Shown: piece by piece, positions 37,275 through 48,689 of the stretch
Position numbering within the stretch: position 1 is the stretch's first letter
Layout: the number at the start of each line of letters is the position of its first letter
Origin: Lama guanicoe
Lineage: Eukaryota
DNA length: 64,000 bases
NCBI GenBank assembly: GCA_013239625.1
Contig: MU056905.1
Coordinates: 1,943,967 to 2,007,966, forward strand
Direction of reading: 5' to 3'
Translations under genes and position numbers: made by a program
Notes under the pieces: model-generated
What the model saw: only the letters and a program-made list of their open reading frames with translations
Databases searched by the model: none
What the model was told of the DNA's origin: nothing

Positions 37275-37883
37275 ATGAGTTGTCAGATCTCGTGCAAATC
37301 TCGAGGAATAGGAGGAGGAGGTGGAGGAGGATTCCGGGGCTTCAGCAGTGGTTCAGCTGTGGTCTCCGGTGGGAGCCGGCGATCAGCCACCAGCTTCTCC
37401 TGCTTGAGCCGGCACGGTGGTGGCGGCTTTGGCAGTCAGAGCCTTGCTGGTCTTGGAGGGACCAAGTACATCTCCGCTAGTGTGGCTGGAGGAGGTAGAA
37501 GCTTTAGCTCCATTGGAGGATTTGGTGGCAGAAGAGGTGGCTTTGGAGGTGGCATCGGCTTTGGAAGTGGCATCGGCTTTGGAGGAGGCAGTGGCTTTGG
37601 AGGAGGCAGTGGCTTTGGAGGAGGCAGCGGCTTTGGAGGCAGCCGTTTTGGTGGAGGTGGTAGAGGCCGGTTTGGAGGTGGTGGTGGCTTTGGAGGTTTT
37701 GGAGGTCCTGGTGGCTTTGGGCCTGGAGGATTCCCTGGTGGAGGCATCCACGAAGTGTCTATCAACCAGAGCCTCCTGCAGCCTCTCAACGTGAAAGTTG
37801 ACCCAGAAATACATAATGTGAAGTCCCAGGAGCGGGAGCAGATCAAAACTCTCAACAACAAATTTGCTTCCTTCATCGACAAG
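37275..37883 (+). CDS. KRT2: KRT2 exon 1 (coding part)
   Basis: atcATGA..FASFIDK|gtgagt. Confidence 0.94.
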
Positions 37884-40800
37884 GTGAGTCACGAGAAGCT
37901 GACTCCATCTGATGCTCAGGATTGCCCTACTTTCAGTGCTAATCGGACAGCAAATGACAGAGATTTTTTATTTTAGGAGCCATGGGTGTGGTCATACTGA
38001 CCTGAGTAGTTGCCAATACCCACGTGGGAAAGATGCTGACTTCGTGGGCTACATCTTTCATAACAGTCTGCAGTCAGGGATTATTTGTGCCTTTGGCTTT
38101 ATTGTTTCAGCCTAAACAAACAATACTTATGGAAAATTCTGAAAATCACAGAACAGATATAGACAAGTAATAGACGGACTAGTTTAGGCCAAGTGATAGC
38201 AGGTTTTGGAAGGGATTAGTAAGACATCTTCTGAGATCGTCCTTCCTTCCCTAGAACTGACTGCTGTATTACATTCGGGGAAGTTGAACCTGAGGTGTCT
38301 ACTTGGGGATGAACGCAACTCCTGACTTCAAGAGAAGTGTTCTCAGTTTTGTGACTCATAAGGCCTTTATTGGTGCCACTTTGGAGTGTGACAGGCTTTC
38401 TCCCATTTCAAGGCTGAGGAACCTGTCTAAGGGATTTACAAGGCTCTTCAAAACCAGGTCAAGGAACCCTGCCCTCCAGGGCTCTCACACTCATAACCCT
38501 TAGGAGCGGTGCCAGTGGATGCCTGGCTTTTGGTTTTCCCCAGAATTTATGGGACCTTTGCCAGGAATTCAACTAGAATCGGGAGGGAGATGGCCTGGAG
38601 TGCTGGGAGCAGCTGGAACCAAAATAGTGGGCAGTGAAGTAGGGGAGAGTTCTCTGTGTGGAGAGCACCAGGCATCACACTAGGAGCCTACTGAACTTTC
38701 CAAGTGTGGAGGCAGAGAGCTCAGAACCTCTGTCTGGCAGGATCTGGCCTCCCGCTGGTGAGGATGAAGCCACATAGTTGTCTCCATCACCCGAGGCAGG
38801 ACCAGAGCTGACTCTGGCGTGTGTGGCCTGTTGAAGGGAGGGGCAACCCAGAGCTCACGCGCTTTCCCTCTGGTCACCGCAGGTGAGGTTCCTGGAGCAG
38901 CAGAACCAGGTGCTGCAGACCAAATGGGAGCTGCTGCAACAAATTGACGTCAGCACCCGTACCACCCGCCTGGACCCCCTCTTTCAGGAGTACATTGGCA
39001 AACTGCAGACTTACGTGAACACGCTTTCTGCAGAAAGAACATCACAAGATTCAGAGCTGAACAACATGCAGGATCTTGTCGAGGATTTTAAGAAGAAGTA
39101 GGTGGCAGAGTAAAAACTCTACGTGGAGACAAATGTTGATCTGAGCTGTCCAGTCGTTGCCCCAGAAAACCACTCATCTTCCAGTTGCATTTATGGTGAT
39201 GAAGGGGAGGAGCATCTGTATCTTTGCTGGTTATTTGTGAGGAAGACAGTTAGGGCTTTAGAGATAATGTTTTTTACATGTTTTCAATGATAGAAAAGCA
39301 TCCTCATTTGGGGATATCATACTTTCAGTTTAAACCAAAGTGTTTTACATTCCCAGAGAATGGAGTCTTTTGGGTGAATCCAGTAGGAAAAAGAAAAGAA
39401 AAAAGTAAACAAACCAGAGCTAATCTAACAGCTGCGTCCCTGTGTCCCAACAGGTATGAGGATGAAATCAACAAGCGCACAGATGCTGAGAATGATTTTG
39501 TGAAACTTAAAAAGGTGAGTGAGAGAATGTCATGGCCGAGGTGGGAGTGAGGGCGCTTCAGCAGCCCGCTGGGCTCAGACAGACAGGCCGGAGCACACCT
39601 CTGCGTGACAACAGCAGTAACCAGGGAGAGGGGTGAGGTGCATCCATGGCTGGTTCTCCTGGAATAAGGGTATCTCTGTAGGTCAAGCTTCTGGACACGT
39701 TCTGCACATTTGCTAGAGCATTTCCTATCAACAGCCGACTCGAAGCCTATATTGAATCATGCAAGATGCAAACAGAGAAAGCACTTCATTCGTCTTCTAA
39801 AGGGCTGAGGAGGGAATGGGACTTCCTTAGAATGCCTGTTTAAAGATGCTATCAGTTGGGCCGACCAAGGTTTGAGCCAGAAGGCAAAAGTGTGGATTTT
39901 CAGCCTGGTTCCTGCAGAGGCTTTGGTGTAAAATTCAGAGAATTCAGGAGAGGTGGGATGGACAGGCAGGGTGGGAGAATTGAGGACTGTTAAAAGCCAC
40001 AGAGGCCATTGCACTCCTTAGTAGAAAAACACGTCTCAAGCCAGAGGGAGAGAATGCTTGACAAAGCTTGGTCCCATCAGAGCTCTGATGGTCTTGGGGG
40101 AGTGTGAGCAGTGACGGGGGAGTGTGAGCAGTGACGTGGGCGTGGAGCCCCCAGCAGACGTGCACTGCAGACTCCATGCCAAATGAGGTCCTGTGGGGAT
40201 GTGGCTTATCTGGGATTTTGGAGAGCAGCTAACAGGGACTGGCTGGAGGAGCGGCAGGGAGGGGGCAGGGCCCGTACACAGAGTGCTGCAAGATGAGGGG
40301 TGGGGGGCATGAAATTCATCAAGGGCCCCTGACCTTCCCTGTAGGACGTGGACAATGCCTACAAGAACAAGGTGGACCTGCAGGTCAAGGTGGACATGAT
40401 AAACCAGGAGATTGACTTCTTGAAAATCCTCTTTGATGCGGTAAGGAGGCTGCTCCTAGAGAGATCCTTATTTCCACCCTTCTCACCAAAGGAAGTCCCT
40501 CCCTGTTGGTGGGTGGAATTCATTGACGGCTGACTTCAGCTTGCCCTGGTTCCAGGCCACAGGGAGCATCTGTGGAGTAGATCTTGGAGGAGAGAAACTT
40601 TTTCCTCTGATGTCACAACTTCTCTCTCCAGCTCCTCTTAGGAAGAGACCTGTCCTGTTTCTATCCCTATGTCCAAAATTCTTCAAAGGTCAAAATGTAA
40701 TATATTTACCATTTACCTGCCCAAGTGCACACACGTGACTTCTGAAACAGGAAGTACAATTTAAGGCATTTGCCATCGACTGACTTCTTCCTGGGGGCAC

Positions 40801-43800
40801 TTTATCAAAACTGCATAAATGGTGAAGGCTGTTAACTAGGAGGCTCAGAAATGCAGAGTCCTCCCCATAATTCTCAGTGCGACCTGGCAGAGACCTAAAA
40901 AATGGCAGCTGTATTGTTTTAAATCCCCCTCAGTGCACGACTAGTCCGAGAGTCTGTATTTTCCAAACAGCGAGAAGGGGAATCTCCCTTAATTGCCTTT
41001 GACTGTGGGCAGGGATGCCATGGCCAGACCTCTTGTGTGTTGCAGGAGCTGTCTCAGCTGCAACAGAATGTCACGGACACCAATGTCATCCTGTCCATGG
41101 ACAACAACCGCAGCCTGAACCTGGACAGCATCATCTCCGAGGTCAAGAGCCAGTATGAAGAGATCGCCCAGAAGAGTAAGGCTGAGGCTGAGGCGCTGTA
41201 CCACAGCAAGGCAAGTTCTGGGAGGGCAGGGAGAGCCCCGGCTTCGTCTAGCAAGCTGGGCTCCACCCCGGCTAGAAGGGTACCATCAGCTTAGCGGTGT
41301 TTTTATCTAGTGGAAATCGGGCATCATTCCCAAGAAGGAGTGTCCACAGTGCCCCAAATGCCCTCAGTCGAAAATGGCAGAGTCCTTTTCGGGGTGTGAG
41401 ATGGTTCCCCATCACCTAAGGAAGCAGACATGACTTTCGGCTTGGCTGACCCTCCCTGGACAGTATCAGACTTTCTTGGCTCCTGCCAAGCTACCCCCAA
41501 GCTGCCACTGTCCTCTCCCTGCACAGTACGAGGAGCTGCAGATCACTGCTGGGAAGCACGGAGACAGCCTGAAGGAGGTCAAGATGGAGATCAGCGAGCT
41601 GAACCGTGTGATCCAGAGGCTGCAAGGGGAGATCTCCCAAGTGAAGAAGCAGGTGGGGCGCGGCCCGGGAACTCCGGTGGCTCCCCTGGCTGAGTGGGGC
41701 TCGGGGTAGGGTGGGAGGCTGGGTATAGATGTGTGTGTGAAAGAGAGAGAGAGAGAACTGAGAAATCGAATCTAGCAGGTGCTAATCCCAAACGCCTCAA
41801 GTGTAATATAATTTAAGATTTATAACAATTTTTAGAGTGGTCTAAGAGGCATCCTTAAGTGGGGATTAGTGCAGGGAGAGAACTGTGTTTGACTTCTGGA
41901 TTGCTTTCACAGGTGAAATGGAACAATAACACATAATATATGAAGCTAGAGGTCATGGCTTGCTGTGTATCGCAGGCATCGCTTCCTGTTCATACCCGTT
42001 TGTCCTTGGAAAAAGCCCTAAGCACCAGCCAGCTGTGTGACGCAGGGGCAGTGAGGGTTGCAGGCACTTGGCCTGGGGTTGGACATTAGCTTTTTAAAAA
42101 ATGAAAAAAGATTTGTTTTGTTTTGTTGGTTTTCTTGTTTATTTATTGTTTGTTTATTTATTTGTTTATTTATTTGATGGAGGTACTGGGGATTGAACCC
42201 AGGACCTCGTGCGTGCTAAGCATGCGCCTTACCACTGAGCTATACCCTCCCACATTGGACAGTAGCTTTGGAAGAGATAATGGGGCAGAGAGTGGGGCAG
42301 AGAGTCAACTCCGCAAGGAACAGAAGTTCTGGGAAGTGCCACACATTGCATGTTTTCGTCTGCAGCTGTAAAGTGGGATAATGACTCTGGTCCTGGGTTA
42401 TGAGGATCAGAGGTCATTATGGAGAAGGTGTATGGGTCCAGTCAAAGATGACTTGGGAAGACAGGGGATCAGAGACAGCAACAAGTCTCAGCAGGCTGTT
42501 TGCGGCTTGCATTAACTCCAAGGGGACCCAACACTTTTACGGCCAGTGGTTGTGGCTTCTCACACCCTGTACACCTCTGCTCCCTCTTCCCCTCTGCCAG
42601 ATAGACTCTACTTTCTGCACCAACAGAAACCTTTTCTCCTTCTCTCCTAGTGTAAGAATGTGCAAGACTCCATAGCAGATGCTGAGCAGAGGGGAGAGGA
42701 TGCCCTCAAAGATGCCCAGAACAAGCTGTCTGAGCTGGAGGACACCCTGCAGANNNNNNNNNNNNNNNNNNNNNNNNNNNNNNNNNNNNNNNNNNNNNNN
42801 NNNNNNNNNNNNNNNNNNNNNNNNNNNNNNNNNNNNNNNNNNNNNNNNNNNNNNNNNNNNNNNNNNNNNNNNNNNNNNNNNNNGGGTCCACCCTTTCCTC
42901 TCCCGGAGCCAGGGCTGGAGGCAAAGGCAGGGAAAGCGGGGCTGGGGCAGAGCCGTCTGATGGCTGAGAGCCGACGTCACTGTGTTCCTCGAGCAGAGAT
43001 TCAGAACACAAAGTAACACTAAGAGCTGTAGACTTCTCAGTTTGGAACAACTAACAAGGCAGATGAAATTTTAAATTAAATTAAGCAGTAAGTTAATCTT
43101 GGTCTTTTCTGAGAGAGAAAACAACTTCTATCTGCACAGATCAGTCCTAGACAGTCTCTGGGTCTGCAGGGTGTGTGGCCTTTTCCTCCCTCTGCTTTGT
43201 GACCCAGAATAGGGAGGTTGTGGGTGGGAAGGAGCTGACTGGCTGGGGCATGTGCACCCAGAGCAGGTGCTCAATCTAGTTCTTTGCAGGTATCTGGAGT
43301 GACAAATGGAACCATTCACTAACTTCCAAAGGGAGCCTTTCACTCCTCTGTGGTCTGAGACCTTTGTCAGTGCCCTCAGCATCCCTGGTGACTAAATCCC
43401 GCAGAAGGGACTAGAAGGGAAAAGCTACCAGGGCCACCAGCAAGCCAGTATGACAGAGACGGAGGGCTTTGCTCTGGCTGTGGCTCGGTACCCGTTGGCG
43501 AGGCCAGGCCTCCTCTCTCCAGCTTGCAAGAGGAAGTGGGAAAGATTTCAGATGAAGCGAGGAGGGTCGGGCAGGAGGGCGGGATAGGGAGGCTGCACAG
43601 AGTCACAGTTCTCTCTGAATTGCATGTTCACAGTGTAGCCTTGCTTCAGAGTTTCTGCTGTGGCTTGGATTCTGAGTATCAGACTCCCTAAAATGGATTT
43701 AAATAAAACTGTGGCTTGTCAGGTCAGAAGTGAATTTGCTTTTGACCATTTTTATCAGAGCGAAAAATTGAGAGCTGGATTGGGATGCCAGGTCTTGTGG

Positions 43801-44581
43801 AAACGTGAAGCCCGTCCCCCTCTCTGTGACCTGGCAACGCAGAGGAAAAAGGAGCTGTGTAAGGCCCTGGTGGCTGAGTTTCGAGGCTGATAGGCACGTG
43901 CGTAGGGAGGCTGTAAAATAACATGTAGGCTATACCTAAGCGCTCTGCCAGGAGTTAACATTCTCTCCCTCTCTCTGACAGGATGTCTGGAGACCTCAGC
44001 AGCAGTGTGACTGTGTGTAAGTGATGGGGTGTGGTCCTGCCCGAGGGGGCGGTGCGTCCAGCGGGCGGAGGCGGGGCCGAGGCAGTCAGAACTGCCGCGT
44101 AACAGCATCTCTCTCTGCAGCTGTCACGAGCAGCACTGTCTCTTCGAACGTGGGGTCCAGGGCTGGTTTTGGAGGCCATGGTGCTGGAGGTAGAGGGTCC
44201 GGTTCTGGAGGAGGAGGATACAGCTCTGGAAGCAGCAGTTATGGCTCCGGAGGCCGAAGGTCCAGCTCCAGAGGCAGTGGTGGAGGAGGCTCTGGCTCTG
44301 GTGGCGGGTATGGCTCTGGAGGAGGATATGGTTCTGGAGGAAAACACAGCTCTGGAGGCGGCTCCAGAGGAGTCTCTGGCTCTGGGGGAGGGTCTGGTTC
44401 TGGAGGAGGATACAGTTCTGGAGGTGGCTCCATAGGGGGCTCTGGCTCTGGGGGAGGGTACGGCTCTGGGGGCGGCTCCAAAGCGGACTTTAGCTCCGGA
44501 AGGGGAGGTTCTAGCTCAGTAAAGGGTGGTTCTGGCTCAGGTGAAGGTCACGGTTCCAGCGTGACCTTCTCTTTTAGATAA
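37275..44581 (+). CDS. KRT2: Keratin 2 (K2e), type II. join(37275..37883,38883..39097,39454..39514,40345..40440,41046..41210,41527..41652,42651..~42871[gap],43982..44016,44121..44581)
   Basis: N-terminus [59 protein letters not shown] and C-terminus GSSVTFSFR* are characteristic of K2e. The exon 7 end is inferred from the canonical 221-bp size because it falls in Ns. Confidence 0.94.
38883..39097 (+). CDS. KRT2: KRT2 exon 2
   Basis: cgcag|GTGAGG..AAGAA|gtagg; 215 bp. Confidence 0.94.
39454..39514 (+). CDS. KRT2: KRT2 exon 3
   Basis: aacag|GTATGAG..AAAAAG|gtgagt; 61 bp. Confidence 0.94.
40345..40440 (+). CDS. KRT2: KRT2 exon 4
   Basis: gtag|GACGTG..GATGCG|gtaag; 96 bp. Confidence 0.94.
41046..41210 (+). 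CDS. KRT2: KRT2 exon 5 (GC donor)
   Basis: tgcag|GAGCTG..AGCAAG|gcaagt; 165 bp. Confidence 0.9.
41527..41652 (+). CDS. KRT2: KRT2 exon 6
   Basis: cacag|TACGAG..AAGCAG|gtggg; 126 bp. Confidence 0.94.
42094..42251 (-). mobile_element. tRNA-Ala-derived SINE (vic-1-like) in KRT2 intron 6
   Basis: Reverse strand reads GGGAGGGTATAGCTCAGTGGTAAGGCGCATGCTTAGCACGCACGAGGTCCTGGGTTCAATCCCCAGTACCTCCA plus an A-rich tail; TSD TTGGACATTAGCTTT / TTGGACAGTAGCTTT. Confidence 0.9.
42651..42753 (+). CDS. KRT2: KRT2 exon 7, visible 5' part (rest in N gap; expected end ~42871)
   Basis: cctag|TGTAAG; [34 protein letters not shown] then Ns. Confidence 0.9.
42754..42883. other. Assembly gap covering the end of KRT2 exon 7
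   Basis: run of Ns. Confidence 0.99.
43982..44016 (+). CDS. KRT2: KRT2 exon 8
   Basis: gacag|GATGTCT..GTGT|gtaagt; 35 bp. Confidence 0.93.
44121..44581 (+). CDS. KRT2: KRT2 exon 9 (tail, stop TAA)
   Basis: tgcag|CTGTC..; Gly/Ser loops; GSSVTFSFR*. Confidence 0.93.
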
Positions 44582-45003
44582 AGATGGAGTCCTGCCCTTG
44601 ACTCTCCCACTCCAGAATGTAGATTACTGTCTCTGTCCATCTGATTGACAGGAAGTCAAATCTGGTCATTCACCTCTGATGGTATCTTTTAGGGGAGAGG
44701 GATGCCCACATACAGTTTCTGAAATATTTTCTCTCCAAACCAGTTAGCTGGAGCCAGTGACACCCTCAGTCCCCGAGGGAAGAGTCACACATTGTTAGGT
44801 GTGTGCTTCCAGCTGTGCCCCCATTCCTGGCCCCTTCTTGCATTGCCCATTGGGCGGTCCTTTTTCCAACCAATATTCCATTGAGGACCCCATCTCGAAG
44901 CCTGCACCTTTCCCCTGGCAGTGCCCCCAGGGAAATGTGTTTCTGTGTACATAGCCCTCTTGTTGGCTCAGTGTCTAAAGTGCTGTGGTCTTGGTGTCTG
45001 TGC

Positions 45004-45009
45004 AATAAA
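45004..45009 (+). terminator. KRT2 polyadenylation signal
   Basis: AATAAA followed by GT-rich tgtggtgtgtgttt. Confidence 0.85.
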
Positions 45010-46139
45010 CTTCATTTGCAATTCACAGCATGTGGTGTGTGTTTAATGTCAAACCTTGGCAGAGGTGGGTAACCAGGAGCTGCAACTCATTGCTATCTAA
45101 CTTAAGACACCAGAAAATGGAGAGCTTTGGAAAGGATGGGGAGGGGAGGCTTCCTGGAGGAGGAACATGCCACCCAGGGGCAATGTGGCCCAGAGAAGCC
45201 AAGGGTGTTTTCTTCTGGAAGTCTTTAAGAACAGAGGCGAGCAGGGGCTAGCTCTGGAGTCAAGAGATGGGTGTGGTGTTCTTGAAAAGTATTCGCCAGA
45301 CCTGGGGACTGTGATATTGATAAGAAATTGACAGGGGAACTTGTAGAAAATTCTCTTTTCCAGAAAAAGCCACTCTTCTTAAGCATTTTCCCACAGACTG
45401 CCCCCCTCCCCTTCTCACAGGAGCTCTGATCTGAGGCTCCTTCTCCTCAGGGTGAACCAGTGGAAGCCCCTGAGCTCCCATCCAGGCTGTCTGCAGCTCT
45501 GAGCTGCCTTGGAAGCCTCTTTCCTTCTCTGCACCATACTCTTTCTTCCCTGTCAACTCAAATGAGTCTTTAGCTTGCCTGCTCCAGGAAGCCCTCTTGA
45601 ATGGAATGTTCATGTTTCTTCTACTTGCTGTGATGTGGGGAAGGCCTTGCATAGGAGTTGAGAGACTTGAATGCTGATCTTCATCTTGGAGGAATTGTTG
45701 GGCACTGGATGAGTCATTCTTCCTCCCAAGGCTCAAGTTTTGCACCAGTTAAAGGAGATGAAAAGAGAGAATCTCTACAGATCCCTCCAGCTCTGATAAA
45801 AAGAGTGCTGTCTGTGCTGCTAGGTCAGCCAGGCTCCTTTATTAAGCCTCCCCACCTAATGGGGGGTCTGGGACACAGAGTCAGGAGAGAGGCTTAGAAG
45901 CACTGGGTGTGGATGGGTGTGAGCACCTGAAGCTCCATGATATTTTCATCCTATTTCATTTGAGTTCAGCAAATGTCTGTTGGACAGTACTGCATTTGGC
46001 TGTTTTGGGGGTACCAACACTTACAAGAGACTGCATCCTGCCAGGAGCTTACAGTCCAGTTAGGGAACAGGTAAGATATTTACAAATAGCTATCAAGACA
46101 AGGCAGTATATAATTAAGAGCTACTCGGAGTAAAGGCGG

Positions 46140-46310
46140 TACCTTAAAATCACCAGGGGAGCTCATTTAAAATGCACATTCCTGGTTCCAATGACCCCCT
46201 CTGCCCTGAGTTTTCACTACAGAAGATTGGAGTGGAGCCCAGAAATATGCATTTTAAACAAGCTTCTAGATGAGTCTGATGTTGGTGATGCGGGGAATCA
46301 TGCTTTGAGC
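46140..46310. mobile_element. MER5-type hAT remnant
   Basis: aatcaccaggggagctcatttaaaatgcacattcctgg..atgcattttaaacaagc..gatgagtctgatg. Confidence 0.65.
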
Positions 46311-46801
46311 AAGGAGGGTACAGGATGATGGCGCAGGGGAGATAGCTCAGATTCCTGGCTGGGGTCCAGAGGAGGAGACCAACCAGGCGAGGTGGCTGAG
46401 TCCTGCCAGTGTGCACAGGTGTGTGGAATGACTTCTGCCAGGCCTGCAGCTTTAGGGGGAAGGGGAGAATTAAAGGTCCGAGATGGGACCACTGGCCAGT
46501 GTAGTAACCTGCTTTTTCCTGGCCTGAGTGAAAAGTCATGGGTGGAGCCTGGGTCCAGAATGTTCCCTCAGACAGCTGCTGTCATAGTTATGGTGTGACC
46601 AAAGGAAGAGATCAGGGTCCCTGGCCTGCCGGAGTGTTTTCTAAAGGAAAGGCTGCTTCGCTTCCCTGCGGTGGGGTTTGGAGTCTCACAGGGCTTGACT
46701 GCTTCTATTATAAAAATAATACTTGCTCATTATCTCAAACTTGGAAAAATAGTTGAAAAATTGAAAAACTAGCCATTACAGGAAATAACTAGCATTAACA
46801 T

Positions 46802-46826
<25 letters not shown>
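46802..46826. repeat. (CA)n microsatellite
   Basis: about 12 CA units. Confidence 0.9.
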
Positions 46827-46832
<6 letters not shown>

Positions 46833-46904
46833 ATAGATATTTTGAATGCATTTTTCTAAATTATTTAGCTTTAGTCATTTTATTTACTTCTTTATTTAAT
46901 GTTG

Positions 46905-47800
46905 AATATTTTTTTACTGAGTTATAGTCAGTTTACAATGTTGTGTCAATTTCCAGTGTAGAGCACAATTTTTCAGTTATACATGAGCATACCTGTATTC
47001 ATTGTTGCATTCTTTTTCTCTGTGAGCTACCACAAGATCTTGTAAATATTTCCCTGTGCTATACAGTATAATCTTGTTTATCTATTCTGCATATGCCTGT
47101 CAGTATCTACAAATTTCGAACTCCCAGTCTGTCCCTTCCCATCCCCCTCCCCCTTGGCAACCACAAGTTTGTTTTCTATGTCTATGAGTCTGTTTCTGTT
47201 TTGTATTTATGTTCTTTTTTTTTTTTTTAGATTCCAACACATATGAGTGATCTCATATGGCATTTTTCTTTCTCTTTCTGACTCACTTCACTTAGAATGA
47301 CATTCTCCAGGGACATCCATGTTGCTGCAAATGGCGTTATGTTGTTTTTTATGGCTGAATAGTATTCCATTGTATAAATATACCACATCTTCTCTATTCA
47401 ATCATCTGTCAATGGACATTTAGGCTGTTTCCATGTCTTGGGTATTGTAAATAGTGCTGCTATGAACATTGGGGTGCAGGTGTCATTTTGAAGTAGGGTT
47501 CCTTCTGGATATGTGCCCAGGAGCGGGATTCCTGGGTCATATGGTAAGNNNNNNNNNNNNNNNNNNNNNNNNNNNNNNNNNNNNNNNNNNNNNNNNNNNN
47601 NNNNNNNNNNNNNNNNNNNNNNNNNNNNNNNNNNNNNNNNNNNNNNNNNNNNNNNNNNNNNNNNNNNNNNNNNNNNNNNNNNNTAGCCATTGTGGCAGGT
47701 GTAAAGTGATACCTCATTGTAGCTTTGATTTGCATTTCTCTGATAATTAGTGATGTTGAGCATTTTTTCATGTGCCTGTTGATAATTTGTATTTCTTCCT
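46905..47800 (-). mobile_element. 5'-truncated L1 (ORF2 C-terminus + 3' UTR), with an internal gap
   Basis: Minus-strand peptides [25 protein letters not shown] and LPYDPGIPLLG..TCTPMFIAALFTI.KTWKQPKCP are L1 ORF2; 3' UTR is similar to 26058-26248. Confidence 0.92.
47549..47683. other. Assembly gap inside L1
   Basis: run of Ns. Confidence 0.99.
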
Positions 47801-48689
47801 AGTCCCACTACACACCCTCTGGCAATTGACCTGATAATAATCTTCATAACAATAATGATAACAACACAATTACCCCTTAATTAGGTGATAATGACACCAA
47901 CTTGACTGCCAAGCAAGGCTTGAGGACCTGACATTAATTATTTTACAAACAAAAGCTAAGCTTTCCCATAAAGAGGGAAAATAAGGGTCACTTTTGCTCA
48001 CCTTCTAAAGCCAAATAGAAATAACATGCCATCTCATTGGCACAGGTGACAGAGCAGGGAGAGAACAGAGGGTGAGCATGTGCGTATGTGGATATGAGTG
48101 TGTTGCAGAGCAGTGATTAGGGATGAAAATCTGGTTAGTGTATAAAGTTCCCAAACAGAATGAATTTCCCATAAGTGTATTAGAAAGTATGGCAGAGATG
48201 GGGAAGATCAAGGTGGGTGACGGAAAAGTAGGCAAGTCTTTAAAAGGAAACCTAGGATACAAGATCTTCTCCATAGACAGTGGGGACCCAGGGCTCTATT
48301 CACACCCCTTCTAGCCTGGCAGTTCTCACTGGACCTTTATTTCAAACTGAACTCCACCTGGACTGTGGTTCTAAGATGTATTTGCTTCTCTTATATTTTT
48401 ATCCTCATCTCTGGAGAAGGGGAGACCCATGAACTCAGATCTCATGTTATCTCCAGGTGGACGATCCACACTGGCTTTCCCAGGGGATGAGGTGGGGCCA
48501 GGCAGGCATGCCTGCCTCCTCCAGGTCCCTGCAGATCTTCCTCTCCCCTCCCACCTTGGTTGAGCACCCAGGGTCTGTGAATCTTCCGGAGGACTGGATG
48601 CCCCAGAATGAGTCAAATGGGGCTTTAGAAAAGCAAATCAAAACAAGTTTTTGATAAACCATGTTTGCAGGTTCCCGGGGTGATGACCA

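Noticed and set aside
37383-37892. Pro-rich and Ala/Thr-rich minus-strand ORFs over keratin heads and tails (also 15842-16453, 6045-6437, 44239-44481)
   Set aside because: They are shadow frames of glycine-codon repeats, with no independent gene signals.
42178-42251. Apparent tRNA-Ala gene
   Set aside because: The A-rich tail, TSD and stem mismatches show it is a SINE.
45575-45595. Reverse TTCCTGGAGCAG (FLEQ) as a possible exon 2 of the relic
   Set aside because: The match does not extend and fits a common L2 motif.
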